A stretch of DNA of 64,000 nucleotides from the human T2T-CHM13v2.0 reference genome, Homo sapiens. The stretch lies in NCBI RefSeq assembly GCF_009914755.1, contig NC_060941.1; one strand, written 5' to 3'. Both the position numbers and the translations under genes were made by a program. The notes beneath the pieces were generated by a model. It saw only the letters and a program-made list of their open reading frames with translations, did not search any database and was not told the DNA's origin. Positions 41,542-64,000 of the stretch are shown one piece after another. Positions within the stretch are counted from its first letter, which is position 1. The number at the start of each line of letters is the position of its first letter.

Positions 41542-42199
41542 GGCATCTATCTATTCCCTTAAAACAGTCCCAAATCAACTCCAACGGCATCGGTAAGACA
41601 GTCAATCTCAGGGATCCCTCCCTGGCAAGGAAAACCCAGCGCAGGTAATTTATGTTCTTGGCGTAGAGTCTGTTCCCAATATCCAGGAAGACTCAGCCCG
41701 CAGCCCCATCTTACTGAGCAAGGTGACGCCCTGAAGTACACACCGACAATGTTTAAGTCCAAGGAAAATGAAGTTCCAGTCACTTACAGGGAAGGGTCTG
41801 TTTCCATTGCCTCACTTCTGGTTTATTTTGTGGAATAAAATGTCTTTCCTCCACTAAACACTTTGAAAACCAGAACTCTCTAACGGCGGACAGTCTTCTG
41901 GACGCTTAGATCTCTTGCACATAGCCAGGCATCGCCTTAAACTGGGTTGGGCTGGTCACTGAAGGCTTTCTGCTACCACTATTTCTTCTAGCACTTAGTT
42001 CACCACCTTCGTCCTCCACGGGGGAAGAGAACGGTACAAAGATTTTGGAAAAATGCCCAAGAAAGGAAAAAATTGACCGGTTTCCTGAGGGTGTCTCCAT
42101 CCCTCCCGGCCAGTATGTGGTGACTTCCTACCAAAGGCCACCAGGGGAGCACGGCCAAACCCGGCTCTCCAACACGGCAGGAAACGTTTCCAGCCTAAA

Positions 42200-43330
<1,131 letters not shown>

Positions 43331-43349
43331 CCTGCGATATCAGTCTGTT

Positions 43350-50005
<6,656 letters not shown>

Positions 50006-50009
50006 ACTC

Positions 50010-50545
50010 ATTCTCTTTCTTGTGGAGGCGACACTGATTTCATTTTGGCGAGTCATCTCCTCCCACTCTTGGTTCTGTGGTTTCCGGTGTGGGTTCCGGT
50101 GTGCCCCTGGTAGCTCTGTCTCCAGGGGCAGGCACTCGATCCAGGCCTGACCAATCAGAATCTATTCCTCTCCCTGGCTACAGTGATTGGGTCAGGGTGG
50201 ATGCCTCATTCAAGGTGCTGCACTGAGAATCCGCTCTGAGACTTCCACATTTTGGGAAAGAGGCACTTCCTCTTTCTGCCTCCAATGCTGAACTGACAGA
50301 ATGAAAGCCTGGAGCTGTGGGTGGCTGTTGCTGCCACCCCACCTCCAGGTGAGAATCTGCTTGGGAAAGAAGCCACTGTAGAGGAAGGTTCAGCCAGGCG
50401 ATGGTTCCAGACACATTCCTGACAGTGTGTGAGCACCTGGAAGTAGCCTTACTCTGGGACTAAGGTGCTAATGCTTATAAATATCCTTTTTTTGGCCCAA
50501 GCCAGTTTGGACTGGGTTTGTCACTTGCAACAGAATTTGAACGAG
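50010..50545 (+). mobile_element. Old MLT1-type LTR remnant
   Basis: ggcctgaccaatcagaatc...gtgattgggtcaggg and the terminal gccagtttggactgggtttgtcacttgcaacaga are typical of old MLT1 LTRs. Boundaries approximate. Confidence 0.6.
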
Positions 50546-50725
50546 AGGTGTCCGGGCACGGTGGCTCATGCCTGTCACCCCAGCACTTTGGGAGGCCGAG
50601 GTGGGAGGCATCACCCAAGGTCAGGAGTTCGAGACCAGCCTGGCCAACACGGTGAAACCCAATCTCTACTAAAAATACAAAAATTAGCCAGGCGTGGTGG
50701 CGCATGATGTAGTCCCAGCTACTCA

Positions 50726-51115
<390 letters not shown>

Positions 51116-51443
51116 TCAGGGGCCAGAAAAGGCCCTACATCCTTGAGTGGGGCCCGAGTGTGCGGGCAAGCTGTCTGTCATCCCAAGGCCTGGACTCTGG
51201 CAGAGGCGCTTTTCCCACCTGGTGGCTCCCAGGGCCGATTGCTGGTCAAGGAGCCAGATATACTCTTAAGACATGATGTGGGTTTTATGGGGCTCCCTGG
51301 CTCTGGGAGTGGCAGTGAGGCACGCTGAGGAAGGGCTGCCATCTTGGTTTTGTGGCAACCTGCCGTATGACCGTGGGCAAGTGCCTTCTCCTGTTTGGGC
51401 ATCTGTCTTCTGCTCTGTAACATCAAGGGGCTGGGCTGGATGA

Positions 51444-51849
<406 letters not shown>

Positions 51850-52448
51850 AAGGCAGAAAGAAGGGGGCAGGCAAGGGTGGTCTCAGCCCCCAGATGGAAG
51901 TCAGAGTGGGCTGCAAAAGATGCAGATGGGCAGGCAGGGAGACAGGTAAACAGACAGAAAGACAAGGTGCCAAGGGAATCAGGAGGAGAGGTGTCCTGGC
52001 CAGGGAAGAGGGCACCAGAGCCCAGCCCACACAACCTCTCGGCTACATTCCTTGCCCTGCTGGAGTCAGGGAAAACACATCCACTGTGTCCTTGGGTGGG
52101 AAATGGCTTTTTTTAAAAAATAGTTTCCTATAAAGCATCAAAAAAACCTCAGAGAAAACCTCAGCAAAAGTTCCCTTCTCTCAAATATTTGGCATCGGCA
52201 GTAGGGCTGGCATGGCTCGCTCTGGCCCTGGCTTTCCTATTGCTGTGGCCCGGCCTGGCCCACTCCTGGGGTAGCTCCTGGCCCCTGCTGCTCCCTCAAG
52301 AGAGGGATGGGCAGGAGGTGGGAGATTGCAGGTGGGCTTCGGGGTGTCCCTGGGTCCCTGTCTGGAAGTTCGAGTCTTTGGTAACTGGGAAGGGGAGGAG
52401 GAGAAAAGCAAAGCATTGGGCGTTGGGAGGGTCCAGTGGGCGCCTTTA

Positions 52449-52475
52449 TCACCGAGAATTCAGCCGTGGGGCGAC
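52449..52475 (-). CDS. MYO1C: MYO1C last exon, coding part
   Basis: ccccacag|GTC GCC CCA CGG CTG AAT TCT CGG TGA TAA gives VAPRLNSR*, with tandem stop codons. Confidence 0.96.
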   Translation of the reverse strand, partial: VAPRLNSR

Positions 52476-52559
52476 CTGTGGGGGCGGAGAGAGACGGCCA
52501 AGTGGTGAGGGGAGCAGACGGGGGCCCCGGTACTCAGACTTTTCTTTTCGTCCTTGTTT

Positions 52560-53775
<1,216 letters not shown>

Positions 53776-53964
53776 GCCACCTTTACAACTTTCTGCACTG
53801 AGGGGCTCTCTCTGGCCCTCATGGGTGGGCCAAGGGATGGAAGAGGTGGTATGATGGCCTCTGGATGAAGGCCCATGGTGAGGTGCCTGGGCTCTGCCAA
53901 GCACAGCCAAGGAAGGCTTGGCTATCACAGCCAGGCCATAAGCGGGAAAGCAGGCCCCACTCAC

Positions 53965-54064
53965 CACAGCCAGGTGCCCGTTCTTGGCCTTGGTGATGAG
54001 CAGCTCCGAGCCGGGTGTGAAGTCAATGGTGCCATCCCTGCCGGGGCCCCCTGCAAACGTGATG
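53965..54064 (-). CDS. MYO1C: MYO1C penultimate exon
   Basis: [37 protein letters not shown]|GTGAGT donor. Confidence 0.97.
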
Positions 54065-54202
54065 CTGGGGGAACGGGGTGGGTGAGGGTTTTTCCATGGA
54101 GGCAGACCCCCAACCCTAAGGTGGACCCCCACCCTGTCCCTGGGTGCCCACACAGCCCCCTCGCCACCCCCGCCCTGTCCCCGGGGGCCGCCCGCGCCTC
54201 AC

Positions 54203-54300
54203 CTGCCCTGGTTGATGTTGATGCTGTTCACGCGGTTGGCACTGAGGGCTGTCTTGGTCAGCGTCTCAATCACGTGGTCACTCTGCAGCACCACATCTCC
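54203..54300 (-). CDS. MYO1C: MYO1C exon, TH1 tail
   Basis: [32 protein letters not shown]. Confidence 0.97.
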
Positions 54301-54351
54301 CTGGGGGGCCAGGCAGGAGGAGGGGTCAGGCCCTGCCCAGAACTTGAGGAA

Positions 54352-54550
54352 CCCCCGCCCCACCTCCCCATCCACCTCCTGACCCCCAAATCCACCCCCA
54401 TCCACCCTCCCACCTCCCCATCCACCTCCTGACCCCCCAATCTACCCCCATCCACCCTCCCACCTCCCCATCCACCCCCACACCCCCTATTCCCCCATCC
54501 ACCCCACCTCCCCATCTACCTCCCCCATCCCCCACCACTCCTCCCCATCC
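54352..54550. repeat. C-rich tandem repeat (50-bp unit, ~2.4 copies, built from CCCCATCCACC sub-units) in a MYO1C intron
   Basis: 54361-54410 and 54411-54460 are near-identical, followed by degenerate copies. Confidence 0.9.
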
Positions 54551-54562
54551 ATGAAAAGGCAC

Positions 54563-54633
54563 CTTTTGCTTATTGTCCGCACGCTGTACATGAAGCACAA
54601 AAAGACTGTCGCTCAGGCTGCTGACAGAGATTC
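54563..54633 (-). CDS. MYO1C: MYO1C exon, TH1 tail
   Basis: [24 protein letters not shown]. Confidence 0.97.
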
Positions 54634-54710
54634 CTGAGGGGAGAGGGCAAAGGTCAGAGGTCGAGGGTCAGAGCAGGGCCCTCCCCCTGCAGCCCTGGAC
54701 CCTGGCTGAC

Positions 54711-54846
54711 CGGTCAGGTTGGCGTAATCAATCCTCTGCTTGACTTTGGCGTCCTCCACGATGACGACGGCGTTGGGCGTGAGCAGCAGCTGCCGGGAGC
54801 GAGGCTTGTAGCCCTTGCGGTCGTATTTCACAACAGGCACCGCATA
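54711..54846 (-). CDS. MYO1C: MYO1C exon, TH1/PH domain phosphoinositide-binding loop
   Basis: [45 protein letters not shown], with the Kx(n)RxR PH signature. Confidence 0.97.
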
Positions 54847-54975
54847 CTGGGGACAGAGGCCAGGCTGAAGGGGCTGGGGAGAGGCTCCCAAGGCTCCGCC
54901 CCTGCCCTGACCTGCCTTCAGCTCTCAGGCAGTAGCACCGTGCTGCTGGACTCAGGGCTGCAGGCAGGCTCTTAC

Positions 54976-55031
54976 CTGAATGGGCTCAGAGCCCAAGGCC
55001 TGCAGCACTCGGGGGCTGATCTCATCTGTAC
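54976..55031 (-). CDS. MYO1C: MYO1C exon, TH1 tail
   Basis: [22 protein letters not shown]|GTAAGA donor. Confidence 0.96.
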
Positions 55032-55125
55032 CTGCAACTCAGATGGCGGGGAGGGAAGTCAGTGGAGGCAATGGGGGACCAGGATGGTGACGAAAGGTCT
55101 GAGTGCTGGAAAGTCAGGGGCTCAC

Positions 55126-55219
55126 CAAGCCGAGTGCTGATGAAGAGCCTGGGTACACTCTGAGGGTAATTATCCTTCTTGCCCTTGAAGATCTCACTAG
55201 CCACGGCCTTCTGCTGCAG
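55126..55219 (-). CDS. MYO1C: MYO1C exon, TH1 tail
   Basis: [31 protein letters not shown]. Confidence 0.97.
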
Positions 55220-55812
55220 CTGAGGAGACAAGGGGGGTGAGGAGAGTGTCATGGTGGGGAGCACCATCTTGGGGGGGCAGAGCCAGCCTTAGGACCTGAG
55301 ACAGCCTCCCTCACCCGCTTGCTGGTCCCTCTCTGGCTCAGCACCAGGAGGCTGAGCCCTGCCCCCCACACGCCCATCAACCCTCCACTTCCTGACCCTC
55401 TGCCGCCACCAAGCACTCCCCAGCGGGGTCATGAAGGCACTGCGGGGTTTTGAAACTGGCCTTGGTAATGCTTCCCCACCCCATCAGGCCCTGGTGGCCC
55501 TGAGACTCAGCTCCAGCTTGGGGTCTTGTAAGCAGCAGATCACTAATACTCAAGGTTACTGGGTGGGCCCTTTAGCATCATCCAATACTGAGTTGGCAAA
55601 AACACGGCACATCAACCAATGCCTGTAATCAGGGCAGATATCACCAATCGACCCGAGTGAAGACGCAGACTTTTCAACACAGGGTTCTGAGCAGTCTCTA
55701 CCAATCAAGGGCAGTTGGCCCACGATATGAACCCTACTGGCCACCCCAGCTGTACTCCAGTGTCCACTTCCTACACGAGGCCCAGCAGGGCCTGGCATCC
55801 AACTGAGGTCAC

Positions 55813-56169
55813 CGGTAGACCGGGGTAAATACGGTAGACTAGGGTAAATAGAGCAGACCGGGGTAAATAGAGCAGACCGGGGTAAACAGAGTAGACCGGG
55901 GTAAATACGGTAGGCGGGGTAAATATGGTAGGCAGGGCAAAATACGGTAGACCGGGGTCAATACTATAGACGGGGTAAATACAGTAGATTGCGGTAAATA
56001 GAGTAGACTGGGGTAAATACGGTAGGTGGGGTAAATACAGTAGACCGAGATAAATACGGTAGGCGGGGTAAATACGGTAGACTGGGGTAAATAGAGTAGA
56101 CCAGGGTAAATACGGTAGATCGGGGTAAATACGGTAGAACGCGGTAAATACGGTAGACCGGGGTAAATG
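55813..56169. repeat. Minisatellite, 19 copies of an 18-19-bp unit (consensus CGGTAGACCGGGGTAAATA), in a MYO1C intron
   Basis: Units were parsed by hand, e.g. cggtagaccggggtaaata, gagcagaccggggtaaata, cggtaggcggggtaaata. Confidence 0.97.
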
Positions 56170-56253
56170 CCCCTCCAGGCGGACACCCTTTGAGCAATGC
56201 TTGCGACTCCCTGACTCCACTTCCTCATCCTCACCCAGCCCCGCTCTCCGTAC

Positions 56254-56337
56254 CTGCTGCTTCCACTCAGGGCTGATACTCCGGCAGTATTTCCACACCA
56301 TGTTCTTTATGCACAACTCCCGCAGAAGCTCTGAGGC
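56254..56337 (-). CDS. MYO1C: MYO1C exon, post-IQ
   Basis: [28 protein letters not shown]. ttag|GCC acceptor and CAG|GTACGG donor. Confidence 0.97.
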
Positions 56338-56462
56338 CTAAGGGGAGGAGTGAGGTCAGAGGTCCTGGACACCCTGGGCCCTTCCCTCTGAAGACATCGA
56401 ACATATGCTACTGCATCCTTTGGATAAGTAACACCCCCTCCATCTGGAGACGCTTCCGGTCA

Positions 56463-56760
<298 letters not shown>

Positions 56761-56897
56761 AGACCTTACTTTTCACTGCTCAGCTCTGGTCCGGGCCCTC
56801 CGTGAGCCCTCCCTGACCAATCCTTTGGCCCGAAGAAATCAGACCCTTCTGCTGTGTACTATGATGGTCCCTAACTTGGCAGGGGGTGCCCACAGAC

Positions 56898-57057
56898 CTC
56901 ACGCAGGGCAGGTGGGGGCGTGGGCCACGAGGTGTCCAGGACATTCTGGGGCAGCTGCCGCCTCAGGTTTAGCAAAAAAGAGGTGCGCACATGGTCCAGG
57001 AAGAAGGCGTTCTCGGGGCAGCGGGGGGCGTGGCGCAGGACGAAGCCTCGGATGAGC
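56898..57057 (-). CDS. MYO1C: MYO1C exon, IQ3/post-IQ
   Basis: LIRGFVLRHAPRCPENAFFLDHVRTSFLLNLRRQLPQNVLDTSWPTPPPALRE. Confidence 0.97.
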
Positions 57058-57157
57058 CTGGGGTGGGGGGCCAGACAGGGTTGGGGGTGAGGGGCCTGGC
57101 GGTGAACCACCCCCCACGCCCTGCTCTGCAGCCCCCACAAGGCACCCTGGCGCTCAC

Positions 57158-57242
57158 CGCCGGATGGTCTGTGCCGCCCACTTCCTCTTGGCTGCCTTCC
57201 TCCGGCCCAGTGTTCCACGCCACCACGACTGGATGCAGATGG
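57158..57242 (-). CDS. MYO1C: MYO1C exon, IQ2 with basic NLS
   Basis: [33 protein letters not shown] boundaries. Confidence 0.97.
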
Positions 57243-57343
57243 CTGTCGTGGAGACCACAGATGGCTGAACTCTATCTTCTTACCATGGTGGCCCCCCCTG
57301 GCCCCAGACCCCGCCCCTCCTGAACACCCATGGGCCCGCGAAC

Positions 57344-57412
57344 CTGATCTCTTCACCCGGAGGAATTTCTGCCGCCAGTGAAAGCCCCTCCAGGCAGCTT
57401 GGATCTTTGTGG
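57344..57412 (-). CDS. MYO1C: MYO1C exon, IQ1
   Basis: ATKIQAAWRGFHWRQKFLRVKRS (IQxxxRGxxxR). Confidence 0.97.
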
Positions 57413-57793
57413 CTGCGGTTGGGAAAGAAAGGCAATTGGCCAGAGCGCGGGGAGCCAGCTGGGAGCCTGGTGCCGTGTGCGCTCCACGAGTGGCATGAAT
57501 GGGAGAGTGGCTGAAGGAACCAACGAGCAGGAGGAGAGTGGTGAAGAAGAATGAATGTGGGGACTGCCCGGAAAAGGGGGGCGGCGGGTGGGATGGTGGG
57601 CGTGGGGCTGGAGCTGGTGGGGAGGGGCTCCAAGTCGGCCATTGGACTCTCTGGAGAAGGACTCCCTGGAGCTGGGCGTGGGGCTGGAGCTGATAGGGAG
57701 GGGTGGACTCCCTGGAGAAGGAGCCCAAGGGAGTGACTTCCCTGCTTCCCAGAAGGGACCCCGTGCAGCAGGAAGGGTAGGCCTCTCTCTCAC

Positions 57794-57870
57794 CCAGGCT
57801 CTGCCGCCGGACCTCCAGGGCATCCTCTGTGGCAAACAGGGTCTTGGGGAAGCGGATGAAGATCTTGGTC
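57794..57870 (-). CDS. MYO1C: MYO1C exon, converter end
   Basis: TKIFIRFPKTLFATEDALEVRRQSL, completing the G.TKIFI motif. Confidence 0.97.
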
Positions 57871-57945
57871 CTGGGAGAGCAGTAGTGATCAGCCCGGGGT
57901 TGCCACTCCCATTCCCCGCAGGCACCCGGCACGGACACTACCCAC

Positions 57946-58059
57946 CTGCCCATCTTGTACTCTTCTGGCTTGTAGCCCAGGTGTCGGACCAGCACAGCCA
58001 CCCCATCCTGCGGCCGTCCTGCCCACGTGGGCCACGTCTCTGGGCACAGTGACTTGTAC
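57946..58059 (-). CDS. MYO1C: MYO1C exon, converter
   Basis: YKSLCPETWPTWAGRPQDGVAVLVRHLGYKPEEYKMGR. AG/GT boundaries. Confidence 0.97.
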
Positions 58060-58629
58060 CTGGGGACAGGAATGCACGCGGCTCCCACCCCAGTCAGCAG
58101 CCTGCCCTGGGGACCCCAATCAGCTTTCTCTGGGCACCTGCTGGGTGCTCCCACTGACTCGTTCACAGCTAGCAGGAGGCTCACTCGGTCACTGCCCCCA
58201 TTTTAAAGATGAAGAAACCGTTCTTATCTACCTAAGGCCAAGTAACTAGAAAGTGGCAGAGATGAAATTCAGTTTGACCCCCCAGGCCCCCGACTCAGAA
58301 GAACCACAAAGCTGCTCCACCCTTTCGGAGCCCCTTGGAAGCTGCCCTACAAGGCTTGCTGTCTGCCTCTGGTGCCCGGCACGTGGACGGAGGCCTCCTG
58401 TACCCCTGACCGGGTGCTCCTGGAGGGCACGGCCTGGGGGAGCCGGGTATTCTTTCCACCCAGCCTGATGTCAGGACCGCAGCACCAAGGGCCTCCACCA
58501 AGGGCAGCCCAGGGCCTCCGCATCCGCATTTCTAAAATGGGGCCGAGAACCCTTGTCTGCCCTCATGGGACCTAGGGGCTCCTACCCTCCCGCTCCCCTT
58601 CCCTGGCACCGAGCAGGACCTGCCCCCAC

Positions 58630-58747
58630 CTTTGCAGGAAAGCTTCGTATTTGCGGCGATAGGCAAAGCCGGCTCTGCGCACGCGCAGGTTTTCCAACAG
58701 CCCCAGGTACTTCACCTGGTGGCGGATCAGCACCTCGTCAAAGCGGC
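58630..58747 (-). CDS. MYO1C: MYO1C exon, motor domain (SH1/SH2 helix region)
   Basis: [44 protein letters not shown] boundaries. Confidence 0.97.
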
Positions 58748-58845
58748 CTGGGGTAGGGGGAGCGCCGTGGTCAGCGGGCTGGCGCTGACGGCCTGTCTCC
58801 TGCAGGGGAGGCCCGGCCCCGAAGTCCCCCGTGGGAGGGGCCTAC

Positions 58846-58951
58846 CGGGCTGTTTGGCATCATTGGGTTTGATGCAGCGGACGTAGGCGGGCTCCTTAGA
58901 CTGCAGGATCTCCACCAGCTGCAGGAGGCTCATCTTGAACTGGGTGGCGAC
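58846..58951 (-). CDS. MYO1C: MYO1C exon, motor domain
   Basis: [35 protein letters not shown], with the YVRCIKPN myosin motif. Confidence 0.97.
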
Positions 58952-59199
58952 CTGGCGAGCCAAGAGGCATGGGAGGTTGGCCGGAGCTGGGCTAAAGCTG
59001 CTGACCCCAGCAGCGAGTACCCCACTCCCCTGGCTGGTGACGCGCGCAGCAGCCTCTGATTCTGCCTGGTCCTTACTCCTCCCACCACAGCTTCCTCGCA
59101 GCAGAGGAGGGGGCCAGACTCCACCCCTTACCCCTCTGGCTGGGCGAGAGACCTCAGTCTACGAGCCTCACTCCAGCCTAAAACTCCTGCTCAGGTCTC

Positions 59200-61224
<2,025 letters not shown>

Positions 61225-61326
61225 TCACACGCGTTCACACGCACGCTGCCAGCTCCCAGGCTCACACAGGCCCTCATGCACACTCAGGCGCATGCACCCC
61301 CGCGCCCGGTCCCGCCACCTCCTCAC

Positions 61327-61407
61327 CGTCTCTGGCCGCTTCTTGTCACTGAGCTCGCTCCGGTCGAAGCACTGGCTCATAATGGGATTCTTTGAGCTAC
61401 ACATGGT
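61327..61407 (-). CDS. MYO1C: MYO1C exon, motor domain (loop 2 region)
   Basis: [31 protein letters not shown] boundaries. Confidence 0.97.
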
Positions 61408-61528
61408 CTGTGTGGGCAGAGCCGGGGTCAGGGTGGGGCACAGGGACAGGCAGGACAGGCTCCTGGACACAGGTGCAGAGCTGTGGGCTATCCCCACCCC
61501 CACCCCGGCCTCCCCACGTCCTCCTCAC

Positions 61529-61575
61529 CTCCTTAAGGTTCCGGAAGAGAAGGTCATTGTTTTTGTCCAGAAACC
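61529..61575 (-). CDS. MYO1C: MYO1C exon, motor domain
   Basis: [20 protein letters not shown] boundaries, phase consistent. Confidence 0.97.
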
Positions 61576-61654
61576 CTGGGAGGGGAGAACCGACGTGAGG
61601 TGAGACAGAGCCTCCCCGCAGGCCCCTGTGGGGACACAGCCCCAGGATCCTCAC

Positions 61655-61749
61655 CGGTCACGCTGTAGGTCACCTCCCCCGCATAGTGCAGAAGGCGGAA
61701 TTCCCCTCGGCCCAGAGATTTCCTGGTCCGCTGGTCAGCCAGCTTGTGC
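61655..61749 (-). CDS. MYO1C: MYO1C exon, motor domain (first MYO1C exon in the window; the gene continues beyond 64000)
   Basis: [31 protein letters not shown], with the myosin HYAGEVTY motif. AG/GT boundaries. Confidence 0.97.
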
Positions 61750-61855
61750 CTGGGGGTGACAGGGAGGAAGCTGCAGATGGCTGCCGGCCTGAGCCAAGCC
61801 CTCTGCCTGCTGAAAGGGCCTCAGGAGCAGGAACCAGCTGCCCAGGTGCACCCCA

Positions 61856-64000
<2,145 letters not shown>

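Noticed and set aside
55813-56169. CRISPR-like appearance of the regular repeat
   Set aside because: Units are head-to-tail with no unique spacers, the context is a eukaryotic intron, and there are no cas genes.

Overview
This is eukaryotic, primate (almost certainly human, 17p13.3) genomic DNA that is extremely rich in Alu elements. It holds two minus-strand genes. (1) The complete CRK proto-oncogene: CpG-island promoter at ~42.2-43.3 kb; coding exons 42599-42839, 23343-23878 and 10236-10373 giving the 304-aa CrkII; an internal exon-2 donor at 23513 giving CrkI; and a ~2.8-kb 3' UTR ending near 7.44 kb. (2) The last 18 coding exons of MYO1C (61749 down to 52449) plus its 3' UTR ending near 50.9 kb. 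All listed exon boundaries were read by hand as GT-AG with consistent phases. The rest is mostly Alu, with L2, MIR, MLT1 and MER58-like remnants, and most ORFs in the supplied track are Alu translations. I see no convincing new gene system. The best unexplained signals are a 43-bp non-Alu inverted repeat 2.3 kb apart in CRK intron 1, a 19-bp minisatellite in a MYO1C intron that is a tandem array of forkhead motifs, a strong acceptor-like site in CRK intron 2, and a run of MYO1C neck-region introns that can be retained in frame.
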